Source: Octopus bimaculoides (Eukaryota). Taken from it: 64,000 nt of DNA. Of this stretch, positions 27,051 to 40,942 are shown piece by piece. The notes under the pieces were generated by a model. The model ran no database searches. It saw only the letters and a program-made list of their open reading frames with translations, and was not told where the DNA came from. Positions within the stretch are counted from its first letter, which is position 1; every line of letters starts with the position of its first letter. The position numbers and the translations under genes are program-made. Location: contig NC_068981.1 in NCBI RefSeq assembly GCF_001194135.2, positions 172,505,821 to 172,569,820 of the forward strand, read 5' to 3'.

Positions 27051-27662
27051 CCCAGCCACAAACATCAAGGTCTGTTTGGGTAAATGATCCTGGATTCCAA
27101 ACTGAAGAACTATCAATGTCTCAAGGTAGATATAAAAACACAACCATAGAATTCAAAATGACTGGTGGGAAAACCAAGGTCAATAAAACCCAAAGTTACG
27201 CTGACCAAAATGATATGACCTCCACTCTGCTAAATTGTACAAACAAAGAGAATCATACTTGAAAACTCCAACAGATTCTACAACTATAGAAAAAATATAT
27301 TTATCCTTAATTAAAGATGTGTTAAAGAATTTTCTTTGTCTTCTTTTCAGTGGAGTATTTACTTCTTGCCAAACCATATGATGGTATGATCGTCCTGAAA
27401 CTTGGATTTTCTACACTAAGAAGTATTCCAGCCTTGGCTTGGATCCCGACAGTGTTGATAGCCTAGTATTTGAGTTGAGTGCTTCTCTGGAAATACCCAA
27501 CTTCACACCCAACCAACTTTAAAGATATCAGTATTTTGACCATTTGCCAAAAATGACTGTGGAGTATGTGGAGAAACACAGCAGGATATTGTCATTATCA
27601 TCAACAAGTAAGATCTTACCCTGAATACTAGAAGTACATAAATTACAAAAAAATGAACTTAC

Positions 27663-27770
27663 TGAGAGACAACTGCAATGTGTTGGTGTCGCATTTCAAC
27701 CCACAAGTCATCATTTTCATCTAAAAGTACTTCTTTTTCTGGTACTTCATTTCCACCAATATTTACATAT
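27663..27770 (-). CDS. STXBP1: STXBP1 exon 9 (108 nt): [35 protein letters not shown]
   Basis: Acceptor ctctctag, donor gtaagt; LDExDDLWxxxRHxHIA motif. Confidence 0.98.
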
Positions 27771-29083
27771 CTAGAGAGAACATCAAAAGAAATAATTTAA
27801 CCTTAAAATATAATACGTCATTTAAATTTATGTCTAGTCTAAATCTTGCAACAACCAAGATTTAGACACAAATTCAATAAGTGAGAAATGATAAAGACAG
27901 TGATTAAGAGTAGGAAATCAGGAAAAACAAACTACAATCAAACATGGTACACTTATTAAGAGGCTCATTTTACACATGGGTTCAGGTTTGCTCCCACTGT
28001 GCAGTATATTGGACAAGAATCTTCCACTTTTCCTTCATTTGACCAACACCTTGTAGGTAGAATGTCGTTGCTGGAAATTGTGCAAAAGCCCATCATTTTA
28101 CACACACATATGCATGAATGTATGTAATATACACATACATACAGATTTAGAAATATTCAGCAAATGTACAAAAAAAGACTACATTCCTGTGCAAACATGG
28201 CAAAGATAATGCTAAACATGAGGTAGCAATAGTAATAGGATGCTCAAACTAATCTCATCTTCTCAATGTATAAGTGAAATGTGATCTTTCTTGAGGATCA
28301 CATCTCAGAGGACAGTAACTCAAAATAAAAAATGACCAGACTGTGATAATCTGTTCAACACATGCCAGCATGTAAAGCAGATACAAAATCATGATAATGA
28401 TGTATGCATGTGTGTGTGTGTGTGCATCTTTTGCCAGAGGGTATAACTATCATTAAAAAAATTCTTTAAAACTTAAATAAAAAACTGTTGGTTCTCAAAT
28501 AAAGTCCCTTGCAATATGTATTCTATGCTGAGTTACAAATATATGCTTTCTTTGCAACTACCAGAAATGCATTGAATCAGTGATTGGCCCATTGGATACA
28601 GAATAAAAATAAATATAATATTTAAAATGCTAAGAGAATCAAGATGAATAGGTGTTACAGGATTGTACAGGATTAGAATATATTGAAATCCTGAAAGGAT
28701 TGGCGTAACAGTACCATAAGTGATAGCTATATAAGTACCATAAGTGATAGGTATAAAAGATATACCCTCTTGAGGAAAACTGAAAAAGTTCTTTAAAAAT
28801 ACAATGAAGGTGATAGAAAGAGTTAGCAGAGTTAGAATAAAATAGCTATGGCTTCTGTAAACTACACTTAGGATAAATACCAGGACTTGAGGTTGTATAT
28901 CTTGAGGTACAACTTCAAGAGAAATTCTTTAAGAAGAAACAACTGTTTAACATTTGTCAACTAAAAGGCCTCTGCCAGAATTCCAAACCCAATCACCTGG
29001 TAGGCAATGAAAAAATATCTAGATGTGATGAATACTTTTTCAGACCACATGTTAGAAGTAAAATCAAAATCAATAGTGAATTC

Positions 29084-29315
29084 ATCATCGTCATCATTTA
29101 GCATCCATGGCACGAGTTGGATGGTGACAGGAATTGGCAAGGCCAGGAGCCACACCAGGTTCCATAGTCAGTTTTGACATAGTTTCAATAGCTGGATGTC
29201 CTACCTAATGTAAACCATTTTACAGAGTGTACTGGGTGCTATTTATATGGCACCACCACCAATGCTTTTTATGTAGCACCATCACCAGTACTTTTTACAT
29301 GACACCAGCACCAAT
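29084..29315 (-). mobile_element. Diverged RTE-tailed SINE-like copy
   Basis: (CAT)n tail, gctggatgtcctacctaatgtaaaccattttacagagtgtactgggtgc. Confidence 0.7.
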
Positions 29316-32145
29316 ACAACTTATACTTGTGGCAGCATTCATTTGAGGTGGGCTGTGCTAGCTCTGACTAATGAGTTCGTCATGTCCCTCATGACTGCCA
29401 ACCACATCCAATGGACAAATGCCCCACTGAAAGAGCAACTGCATCAGATAGCACAAACATCATAGCTATAGTCATCGTTCACTGTTGAGGTGTACTGTTC
29501 GTGTTTAGAGTTTCAATGGGAATACAAGTTCACATGTGGTCCCCAGTCACACGCATACACACTTTAGGAGAGTGTGATCCATAGCAGTTCATCTTGCCGT
29601 CAACTGTCAAATCACAAAGGATTCACTGACCAAGTCACTGCTGGTTATTGGAACAGATGTAGCCTGGGTTTGAAACAGGGACATTGGGGGTGGTGCGAAT
29701 AGATGAGGAAACTAGCAAATGAAGGAGAGAAATATAGGAGAAGGGCAGGGATTACAGTAGATATGTGAGGACATTGAGAGTGATAGCAGGTAAGTAAGCA
29801 GTTGATGATGGAGAGCAGCAGTGGGGTGATTGAAAAAAACAGAAAGAAAACGGAGAACATGGTTAATACTGTACCTCAAGTATAACAGAGTACCCATGTG
29901 CAGTTATGATAGCTCACTAGAAATTTTATCCAAATTGTTAGTAGGGTGACAATTAGTATTGGAAATGAAGTTAGTAATAACATAGGGACTAGAATGATGC
30001 AGAGTGTGAAAATTTAGAGAACTGCTAGCACTGGTGGTGATAATGAACTTCTTTGACAGCAGGTTATATCAAGTACATTCAAAAAATATGATAACATAGG
30101 TTAATCAAAAAAAAAAAAAAAGGGTAATAAAAGCAGTTTTTGCAACAAGTGCAAGGAATAAATATGGACTGTAAGATGTACGAGGTTAACAAATGAAGTT
30201 GAACACAAATGAATTGAAACTATACCTCCACACCAAAACCATTAGGAGATGCATGTAATGCAAACTGCTAAGATCTACTGGGTTAAAATGTAAAAATGAT
30301 ATGGTACTGAAAAGCACTAAGAGAAAAAGGTAGACCATAGAAGATTTAAAGAAATGCTGCTATGACACCAAAGATTATTACTTCCTCATAATTAGCAAAA
30401 ATTTAGAAACTGAATGTTCAAGATCTCAAGGCTTCTATATTTATCTTGATTCTCATGTTTTATATATCTATCTTACTAGGGATACAGAATACTCTAGTAA
30501 TACCGTTAAATTATACAAAGATAAATAATTGGAATTAATAAAGTTGTGCAGCAAACAAGATGAAGTTGGATTTCTAAGTTGTAAAGGAATAGATGCAAGT
30601 AGTGCAATCTATCAGTCAATGAGTGCACTAAAGTTAATTGGAATTTTTAGCAGAAAGCATGCCCAGATTTTAAATGCTAAATGTAGACTAACTCATGAGT
30701 AATATCTCTGTTTTAAAGATAAATTATTATAAAGTGAAATTCTGTTATCCAAGTAATTTCATGAGTATCATGGAGCTAGTGAGAACACATTAACTACATT
30801 TGGAGAATTTAAGAACACCGTCTTATTTTAACAATTGTAACAAAGATGCATTTTTTTTATATAAGTATGCCACCGATGAAAACAGAACAAACCCATAACT
30901 TCTCTGAGACCTCACTGTGAATGTTAACCTCAAGTTAAGAGTAGATTTGAAACTATTGCAGCAAAGACTTAAATGAATCATGTATAATTCCATCTGCTAT
31001 CTTGCTGATATCCATAAGTGTTATGGTGTTTGGCACTCAAACCAGGGCAGGAAAGTAGGGGACCTGCAATGACTGAAAAGAAATGAGATGCGAATGACAA
31101 ATAAATCTAAGGGATGTACTGAACAACACACTGGTGGTTAATGATAACTGAAGCAGAAACATACAAAGAAAAATTCGGCTGGTGATGATAATGAAATAGA
31201 TGTTAATTGGTTTATATTCTTATGACTAGACACTTTCAAAAGTGAAGTATTCAATTATTTTCTTTAAATTACTAAATCAAAATGTTCATATTTTTAGTTG
31301 TGTATAATTATTAAATAGAATGATCCAGTACTCACTAAATTAACACTGCATTTGACTTAGCCACCTTCCTTGCACTTAAACCAGTAGAATCAAACACGAG
31401 AAGTTTCCACACAAATGATAACCATATTTATAACCCAAGATTTGCAGAGTTCCTTATTCCAATTTAAGTTAATTCTCAACATTTGGCAGGGTAAGTTAGT
31501 CATTTTAATAATATTCTGGCTTTACTGCATTTGGGTCAATGTTGCAAAAACTCTTGTCTGATGTGAATTAAAACCCTCCATCATAATTTTATGTAAGAAT
31601 CTTTTGTTATGTTCCTAACACCAGCTTAAATAATCCCTCTAAATTCTAGATTATTTTCAAGGTTAACTGAAGCACATAAGCAGAGTATTTTATTTGAAAA
31701 GTAGTCATGAATGGATTAAGTGAAATTATGAAATAAAATAGTTTAAAATACAGTCAACAATGAGGAGCTAATGTCACCTTTTCCTCATTGCATAATTATT
31801 TCTAACTGGACTTTTAATATACACTGCATAAAATATATTAATATTAAATATCGTTTTTCTATATGGGTGTGGAGGATAGCATCTCTTACATATCTGCTAA
31901 TCTTTCAAACCTACTCATTATAATAACGGATATCTACTGAGTGATTGTCCCATCACTAACTTTGGCAGAATTAATAAGACTGAAACAGGTCCAGAGTTGT
32001 CTCCCATATTTCCTGAAATGATTAAAATATTAACTATTTTTTTTTTCTTGATGCCTTATTGTTTATACTAAGATTTTTTATGCTTACTGCATTAAATATG
32101 TTTAATGCTAACGAACTAGACATAATAAAAACACTTAGAACTTAC

Positions 32146-32276
32146 TTGTAAACATCATTTTCAATAGGAAGAAGGTCATACGCCATAGCTTGGAAAGTTA
32201 ATTCATGAAGAAGAGGCGAAATAGGATCAAAACCTCTATCTAATATCAACAGCTGAGACCGATCCTTTTGTGGACC
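32146..32276 (-). CDS. STXBP1: STXBP1 exon 8 (131 nt): [43 protein letters not shown]
   Basis: Acceptor aatatag, donor gtaagt; universal SM-protein motif DRxxDPxxPLLHELT. Confidence 0.98.
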
Positions 32277-33755
32277 CTATATTCGGGGGAAAAAAAAACA
32301 AACAAAAAACCTCAAATGTAATTTTCATAAACACATAACATACAAACATGACAAAAAAAAATGTATAAACATGAACACCTTTTGTCAATGATCTAAGAAA
32401 CAAATACTACCAAATGAAAACATTCCAACTACCAGAAAAACACTCAACATATCATTTCAAACAATTGTAACAGTAAACTATTTTGTCTAGATTTCATCTT
32501 TAACAATTATACAAACAAAAGTTATACAGTGCAAAGTACCGTTAACTTTATTTGCTTCAGTGAACAGAGCAGAACGTATGTATCACACCTACTTTAATGT
32601 ATATGTTTAGGTTAAGCAACTCCAACCTTGTGCATTGGAACAAATTTATACATATGAAAAATTTTGGTTGTTCATCAGTGTCCATGAGATCCTAATTTAC
32701 TTGTGCATATACTGACTGTACTATTTAGTAGCATCTAGAATGATTCTGTACTGTCTAAATAAAGAACGCAAACAGACAACCCTAAAGAGCTAACAAATTA
32801 TTTTTCATACCCTGCTTTATCACACATATAAATACAGTAGCGTAATGGTTTGTTAAAATATTTCAGATCAACAAATATAGTACACATTTTTATCCAAGTC
32901 AAATACATTTCTTGTAGACTTCTCTGAATAAATATCTTTCAATGATTTTAAACTGTACTTTGTTTATTCTAACTCTTTATGACTTATCCAACACACACAA
33001 GCATAGCAAGGGAATGTAAAATGCTGCTGATGACAATGATAATACTAGTGTGAATAGGACTTTCTACCACCTTTATTACTTGGTTCATTAGCGTTAAGTT
33101 TGCAAACATTTCCCTTTCATAGAGTGGCACCAATGAACAATTGTAGTTACATTAGTCCTCACAAGTAACTTATTCTTGTGACAAATGATTATGACTAGCA
33201 TTTCTCCAAACTATTTTGATGCTTTCAGCATCACTAATTTCTTTGTGAAAACTGTCGTTTACTCTAATTTCAAAATCTGTATGTTACTTGTCACAGTTCA
33301 CCTAATAATTTCTTGTGAGGAAGTTCTTGTCCCTTTCATAATCTATGATCAGCAGTCAAGTTATAGTGACTTTGAAATTTCACTTAGAAGTGTAAACATA
33401 TACTTTCAGACAAGCTTTAAAAATGAAAAGCATAAAGTGTTTGGTCAGTTTTCCAAGACAACCAGGAGAGCATGTCTTCTTCAAACAATTGCATGTTTCT
33501 TTTCATCATTTACACATAATATAAGAACTTAGTCTTGAAAAACTATCTGTACATGGAATCGATTTTAATATCTCTTTATCTGAAGAAAAACTTATCCTTT
33601 TGAAATCAGACAATTTTCTGAGTAGACAAGAGCCTTCAGAAACAATAAAATGAGTTCCTTTTGTGTCTTCAACACATGATTCTCTAAATGTTAGAAATAC
33701 ATAAATTCAACAGGATTATATTTAAACCAAATATATGAATTTTAAAGTTTAATAC

Positions 33756-33840
33756 TTCTCCCATTGTTGGATCATCAGCTCTGTAGGCATCTAGTTTTTG
33801 TTGAACCATTTGAGCAAACTCAGCATTCTTGTCATAGTCC
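33756..33840 (-). CDS. STXBP1: STXBP1 exon 7 (85 nt): [28 protein letters not shown]
   Basis: Acceptor ttcttag, donor gtatta; [14 protein letters not shown] motif. Confidence 0.97.
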
Positions 33841-34020
33841 CTAAGAAAGAAGATTAAAATGCAATTTGAATTTTAAAATTAAGACAGCATTAAAAAAATA
33901 TATTTTTAATGCACAAAAAGTGTTCTGGTTACTAGAAACATTTCTTGTTTGCTTTAACATATAATATTACTTTCACTTCCCAAAGGGACAATCAAATTGT
34001 TATAAACGAATTTAACTTAC

Positions 34021-34169
34021 GATCGATATCGAACAGAAGGATATTCACCAAGTGTGGCACAGAGAGTTGCAATTTGTTCTGCACATCTCTCTAAATTAGG
34101 AATGCTTCCTTGCAATCTTGAAGCATTGTAGTATACTTGGAATGTATCAGGAGAGTCCAAAGAGAATAT
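34021..34169 (-). CDS. STXBP1: STXBP1 exon 6 (149 nt): [49 protein letters not shown]
   Basis: Acceptor ttcag, donor gtaagt; [15 protein letters not shown] motif. Confidence 0.98.
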
Positions 34170-34481
34170 CTGAAAAACATTTCATGTCAGTTTTAAAATA
34201 AATATCTTATTTCAAACAAATTTATAAATATACAATCTGTTAAATAAGTGAACATCTAATAACAATGGATAATTCAAAATCAAAAACAATATACATACAT
34301 TTAATACTGTATCATTCTGTTATGAATTAGATTTTGCAAATATAGTGTTTTTATATAGAGTATTCCTAATAACTAAACAGAGAAATTAGTCTAATCAAAA
34401 ATCTAAATTTAAAACCACAATGAAAGTGAAATATATTTCTAAAAAAAATATATATCAAGACTACATATGTATGTATGTATG

Positions 34482-34534
<53 letters not shown>

Positions 34535-34552
34535 NNNNNNNNNNGAGATATA

Positions 34553-35145
34553 CAGTAATCCCTCGGCTATTGCGGATGTTACATTCCAAAACACCCCGCG
34601 ATAGGTGAAAATCTGCAAAGTAGAAACAGTACTCTTTTACTTTTTTACTTGTTTCAGTCTTTTGACTGTGGCCATGCTGGAGCACCGCCTTTAGTCGAGC
34701 AAATCGACCCCAGGACTTATTCTTTGGAAGCCTAGTACTTATTCTTTCGGTCTCTTTTGCCGAACCGCTAAGTTACAGGGACATAAACACACCAGCATCG
34801 GTTGTCAAGCGATGTTGGGGAGACAAACACAGACATACAAACACATACACACATACATATATATATATACATATATACGACAGGCTTCTTTCAGTTTCCG
34901 TCTACTAAATCCACTCACAAGGCATTGGTCGGCCCGAGGCTATAGTAGAAGACACTTGCCCAAGATGCCACGCAGTGGGACTGAACCCGGGACCATGTGG
35001 TTGGTAAGCAAGCTACTTACCACACAGCCACTCCTACGCCTATGTATAATTTTATTATAAATGCAAAACAACACCACGGAGGGATCAACGTAAGCTTAAA
35101 TAATAAACTGTGATAGGTGAACCGTGATATGGTGAGAGATTACTG
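34553..35145. mobile_element. Tc1/mariner-pogo-type MITE with TA target duplication, interrupted by a SINE
   Basis: Left TA|CAGTAATCCCTCG and right TGAGAGATTACTG|TA inverted termini. Confidence 0.75.
34632..35042 (-). mobile_element. Composite tRNA-derived SINE with internal (CA/TA) microsatellite
   Basis: Minus-strand head ggcgtaggagtggctgtgtggtaag...ggttcagtccc (Pol III A/B boxes); tail ...gtcaaaagactgaaacaagtaaaaaagtaaaagag. Confidence 0.85.
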
Positions 35146-35899
35146 TATATAATTTTTAATACACAATCTAAGAAAGAGTTACTAATATTTTCATGCTGTA
35201 AAGATATAATAATTTGGCAGATTTATATAACATGCCATGTATCTCCAAGCATTTGTTCAGATTCAGTGCATACTGTTAAACCTATTTGAAAATCAGGACA
35301 CTGGTCTATAAGAAAAAATGGGAAGGAAATTGCAAAGAAGATTGATGCAAAAAGTTGGATGAGAAGAAAAGAAAAGTAAGATATTTGTCCCCTTTTCCGA
35401 TAGAAATCATAATTAATCTAACTGGTGTAGCATAATATAATGGAGAGAAGGCCAGAGTCTGTAAGAGGGTGGTATCTTCCAGTTTAACAAAAGAAACTTG
35501 TACATGTGCTTGCTTTTGCTAAAAGTTTTGGATCTGGAATTAAATAACGTGGTGGAATTCTTTCATCTAAAAAGAATGTGCAATCTCTCAGCTACGCATA
35601 ATTTGCATCTCTTTGATCCATTTATAAATGGTATAGATTTCTCCACACAATTTTCAACTTGATTGTATGTGGATCTTCAGATCTCAAACATGGATAGCCA
35701 ACTTAGCAGATTCATTTTTATCAAAGTGTCCGAAAGAGAACTGAAGATTAAAACTACCTTCACATAAACTGACATAATTTTTTACTCTTGATTACATTGT
35801 CTGAGAGAAATGCAGTAATTTCAACTTCATAAACAACTGAGTTTATCAAACATGCCTGATCAAGAAGGCAAGCTTCAAGATCTCAACAGTTACAACTGG

Positions 35900-37090
35900 G
35901 AGTGGGCTCTTGGTATGACTAGCAAGTGATAATGTTCTTTATATTGGGGCAGCAACAATACAAAATTTTTAACAAGCATCTATTAAAAATCTTCCTGTAT
36001 TTGTGGTTTACTGGAAAATGCTTATTAAATAATGCCAGGAATTCTTTACTTATGTCAGTTTTAACATTTGAGGAAGAGGAGGAAGGGGGTAACTATATTA
36101 TTTCCCTAAGAGTATTTTTAGGCTCCATATTTTTTAACTGAAAAGTTATATGATATTTTTGAAACTACTGTTAGCTAGGGTATTCTTTTAGTATAGGGCT
36201 GCTTTATCAAATATGTGCTTTGGAAAGGATAGATTAGATATCCTATTGCTGATGTTGGCTATCAGGTTTTTAAACACTATGGTGGGGGTGCAGAACTGTT
36301 TATGTATATATATGAGTTTCTCATTCTGTTTGTGATAGGGTTTATAAGAGCAAGAGTTTAAGTCTAGGGAAACATCTAAGAAATCAACTTTGGACAGATT
36401 AATAGATGCAGTAATTCTGAGGTATAACTGACAAAAGTTTTTTCCTTATTGCATCATTATCACAGTTGTTAGATATGCCCAAACCACTGTCACAGTATAG
36501 GCCAAGTGTGTATTGGGAACTTTGATCCCAAAGTATTTAATATATAGAGACCTACACAATCACTGATGTTTGCACTGTCATACGACCCTGTTGTTACATC
36601 TAATAGGTCATCTGTATCATACTTTTTTAACCCATACAGAGCCCTTACTGAGTAAAAGGGTTTTTCAAGCATTCATGATAAAGTTCAGGTCTTTGTAGTC
36701 AATATTGACATATCTTTTGGTAAACTCAATCACCTTATCCACTAATGATCTTGATATTGAGGGATAAAAATATACAATATCAAACTGTAAATCTAGCTGT
36801 ATGCTTATCCTTTAAATTCCAAAACCAATCTACCACAGTGCTGTTCTTTACCTATTGTAGTTTTTAGTAAACTCTATAATTCTGATATTAATATTCCTTA
36901 GTAATTTTTAGCTACCAAAGCCATTTCAGTTCTTGGTGGGTTCAATAGTCTACACGTGTGTCTTATTACAGAAATTAGGTTTGCGATCTTTTAGAGTAAT
37001 AAAAGTTTCACATTTTGCTAAGCACCCTAACCTATCATCAATTATATATTGTTTAGAGAGGAATTTAGCCTCATCGTTAATATCATTGTG
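35900..37090 (-). mobile_element. Degenerate Penelope-like element RT (second family)
   Basis: LLDVTTGSYDSANISDCVGLYILNTL (cf. DVTMGSYDGAExCELVGLYIL); upstream FITLKDHKPNF and FDIVYFYPSIS remnants; many stops. Confidence 0.7.
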
Positions 37091-37124
37091 CCTATCTATA
37101 CATGAGCTACACACATAAGTGATG

Positions 37125-37126
<2 letters not shown>

Positions 37127-37190
<64 letters not shown>
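37127..37190. repeat. Compound (TG)n(TA)n microsatellite
   Basis: Direct reading. Confidence 0.95.
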
Positions 37191-37191
<1 letters not shown>

Positions 37192-37193
37192 CT

Positions 37194-37406
37194 CATCATC
37201 ATCGTTTAATGTCCGCTTTCCATGCTAGCATGGGTTGGACGATTTGACTGAGGACTGGTGAAACCGGATGGCAACACCAGGCTCCAATCTAAATTTGGCA
37301 GAGTTTCTACAGCTGGATGCCCTTCCTAATGCCAACCACTCAGAGAGTGTAGTAGGTGCTTTTACGTGTCACCTGCACGAAGGCCAGTCAGGCAATACTG
37401 GCAACG
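37194..37406 (-). mobile_element. RTE-tailed SINE-like copy
   Basis: (CAT)n then tttaatgtccgctttccatgctagcatggg...gctggatgcccttcctaatgccaaccac. Confidence 0.85.
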
Positions 37407-37702
37407 TACACAAGATGTGAGTGTTTGTGTCTATACATGTATATGTATGTGTATACACACACACTTAAATTTGACTGATTTGGTAGACTACATGAAAATC
37501 TAAAAATTGTTAACCCAGCTTTATGTTAATAATATATAAAGCCAGTATATAAAATCAAGATTGACTGAATGAAATAGAAAAAGAAAAAAAAATAACTGCA
37601 ATAAATGGTTTTGTGTTTTTATGAATGGATAAGAATTGCCTAAAGTTAATCAATTGATTAATTTTTAGACATGTAGACTATGTAGAAAGTATTTACTCTT
37701 AC

Positions 37703-37806
37703 CTGTGATTCATATGGAAGAAAAGCTATATTTATTTCTTTTAGTGTTTTGATGAATTTTAAGGTGGTAGATTTGCTTAGCTCTTTAAATAATTCATCAG
37801 GACATG
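37703..37806 (-). CDS. STXBP1: STXBP1 exon 5 (104 nt): [34 protein letters not shown]
   Basis: Acceptor tttcag, donor gtaaga; [12 protein letters not shown] motif. Confidence 0.98.
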
Positions 37807-38019
37807 CTGAAAAAAAGTTTATAAAAAAATTATCTTAGGAACGAATTCATTGGTAGCTCTTCAATTTGTCTACTTAGGATAGAGTTCTAAATTAAATATT
37901 TTTAGTGTTTTAAAATGTGAATAAAATTTTAATTATAAGTCTATTTGTAACTAATATAATAAAAAAAGCAAATCTGTAATCTATTTTTATTATTTGTATT
38001 GTTACACTGTTCTATATTT

Positions 38020-39640
38020 TTGGAATGAGGAATTCTGTACATTACCTACATTGGACAGATATGTGTCCTCATCTTGTTTGTTGTTACCACGTTTCAGCCT
38101 TCATCAGGTGTCCTGGTGGAATTTTGAACCCAACCCTGGGTTCTCATTTTTACTGATGTTATTATTTAGTATTATTATTACTTGGGGTTAGTAGCCCACG
38201 CTCTTAACCATTACACTATATGCCCATGGGAAATTATAGAGTAAATTTTAGGGCTTATAAACCTAATATTTTTGTATCCTTCTTTAATACCGGTTCCCAT
38301 ATTCTACTCACATCTGCATTAGGTTTGGTTAGGAGGTTATTGTGTCCTAGCATATGTGCTGCCTCTTTGAGTTTTTGTATTTTCCAGTGGTGTCCTCAGT
38401 CTATTATTTTAACTTAATCCCACAGTGAGAGGTGGTCTCCACTTTTCCATACATGATCAGCTATACTTGATTTATCAACATCTTGTGTCACAGCTTCACA
38501 ATGTTCCTCTTCCCTTATTTTGAGTGGGCGACATGTTTCGCCTTTGTATAACCTACCACAACTGCATGGGATGGAGTACACAGTCTTTGGTCATATTCTC
38601 TTCTATTGGTGGTTTTACTCGAAGGAGATATTTGTGAAGAGTTGTATTACTCTTGACTGTCCTATGTCATATCTTTTGTATCTTTTCCAAGAGGCCTTTT
38701 ACATAGGGTAGACAGACTGTGGTCAGTTCATGGGTTTCATCCTCTCTCCTCTTCCTAGAGTGATGAACACCTGTCTAAAAGATCGCACTAGTATCCTAAT
38801 AGGAAACTTGATGGAAATGCTGACCTTCTATGTAGAAACTACCTACTTCAGAGTAGACAGTGAGATATATCAACAGGATGAGGGTTTAGCGAAAGGTTCG
38901 CTGTTATCATCAATATTAGCCAATATATACATGGAATACTTTGAGAATTTGGCTTTAGGATCAATACCACTAAAGCCAACCACATAGCTTCAATATGTTG
39001 ATGGCACCTTTATACTATGGCCCCCACCAGGAAGATGTCCAAGTACTGCGATATCATGTGAACTCAATAAAGCCATCCATACAGTTCACAATGGTAAAGG
39101 AAAAAGACAAGCAGCTAGCATTCCTGGATGTATTAACAACATGCAGTAAGCATGGGTTCAGGACATCCATATACCGCAAGCCAACCTTCACTGGACAATA
39201 CCTCAACTTCAATTCCCACCATCCATACAGTGTAAAGAGAGGGATTGCACAGTGCCTAAAACTAAAAGAGGCAGCACATATGTTAGGACACAATAACCTC
39301 CTAAGCAGATCTAGTGCAGATATGAGTAGAATATTAAGTATTAAGGAGGGATACAAAAATATTAGGTTTATAAGCCCTAAAAATTCACTCTATAATTGCC
39401 CATAGGCATATAGCATAATGGTTAAGAGCGCGGGCTACTAACCCCAAGTTCAATTCCAGGCAGTGCCTTAAAAAATAATAACAACAACAACAATAATAAC
39501 ATCAGTAAAAATACATTGGGAATGAGAACCCTGGGTTGGGTTCAAAATTCCACGAGGACACTTGATGAAAGCTGGAGAGTAAATCAGCTGAAATGTGTCC
39601 TCAACAAGATGAGGACACATATCCATCCAATGTAAATATT
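38020..39640. mobile_element. Penelope-like element in inverted configuration: GIY-YIG endonuclease + 3' end on the - strand (38020-38715), RT + 3' end on the + strand (38730-39640)
   Basis: Minus: CLPYVKGLLEKI...VYSIPCSCGRLYKGETCRPLKIREEEH (GIY-YIG); plus: YQQDEGLAKGSLLSSILANIYMEYFE, QYVD, NSIKPSIQFTM, AFLDVL, YRKPTFTGQYLNFNSHHP. Confidence 0.85.
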
Positions 39641-40328
39641 GTATTGCTATGTTAACTTAAATTTCTAACAATAATGCATCAAATTTCCAGTTTTCACATC
39701 TACCAACACTATCCAACCCCATGATAGTATGAAAGAAAAAAGACAGAGAAAAGGTTTGAAGATCAATCATTATGTATTATCTTTTCATTTTGAATTTCTT
39801 TTACTTAAGAAATTTTCTCCCTTCTTTTACAGTGACTCATTTTTTAGTGGAAGAGTAGTCTCAACTGATATATATATATACTACAAAATTTAGTGTTAAG
39901 GAACAAATATGCAAAGTTTGAGGAATAAATATCCCTTTGATCTGAAAAACTGTATTTCCTGAAGTTTGAGAATTCAGGAAATAAAAAAAAAAAAAAGAGA
40001 TTGCTCTGAGATTGAGGGATTTTTTTTTTAAATGCAGATTTAAAAGCAATTATCAAGTTTACTTAGCTAAAAATAAAAAAATACTTTGAATTTCATTTTC
40101 AACAGCCCCAATTTCTTTTTAATCATCTCTCAATAATCAGTCATAAATCCGTATCAAGTTAAACTTCAGTATAATTATACACAAATATAATTTAGTATAA
40201 TAGTAGTTATATTCTTTTTTTTTTTTCGTACATTTCTAAATAGGCTACAAATCTATTATAAGAAATAGGCTGAAAAGTAAATGAAATCAAATCGACAAAA
40301 AAAAAAATATCTAAGTTCAATTATTTAC

Positions 40329-40407
40329 CTTCAGAGAAGAATATGTGTGCACCCCGATACTGAGGGCTCTCAGGATTTTGGAAATCAGCCATTAAACTCT
40401 TGACAGA
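40329..40407 (-). CDS. STXBP1: STXBP1 exon 4 (79 nt): SVKSLMADFQNPESPQYRGAHIFFSE
   Basis: Acceptor ttctttaag, donor gtaaat; YRxAHxFF motif. Confidence 0.97.
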
Positions 40408-40538
40408 CTTAAAGAAAAAAAATCAATATTTTAATATTTAGTAAAAGAATAGATAGACTATATAGAAATAGAAGTGTCTAAAAATGCTTTATGAACTGAG
40501 AAACTGAAACAAACAAACAAAAAAATACATCTATTTAC

Positions 40539-40615
40539 CTCCTTAGTTGGGGTAATCAAATAAACTGCTTCAAGCAAAGGCAATGGTTCTCGTCTCCTGT
40601 TTATATCTTCCACCA
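40539..40615 (-). CDS. STXBP1: STXBP1 exon 3 (77 nt): [25 protein letters not shown]
   Basis: Acceptor tgcag, donor gtaaat; conserved EDINxRREPLP motif. Confidence 0.97.
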
Positions 40616-40942
40616 CTGCAATAAAGAATCAAGGATTAAATTATCCAAATAAATTTAAAAAAAAAATTTAATGTACCATTTATTCATCTGAAATAAATTC
40701 AACTGAGTACTTAAAGTTACAAGTGCAAAAAACATAAACTTTATTTGAATAATAATCTGTAAAAGAAACCGCATTAAAATTATCAGTTTCAATGTGTCTT
40801 TATCTTAGGCTGTATGAATCAGTTATGATTCCAATCTAAGATCTTGTATGTTCATTATCTGTCATCTGATCTAAGAAACTCGTTTTTTTAATGATCTGAT
40901 CTAATTCATTTCAACTTTTCAATGATTTATCTTTTTTTTTGA

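Noticed and set aside
30500-31200. Possible decayed transposase region
   Set aside because: No motif or terminal repeat could be identified with confidence.
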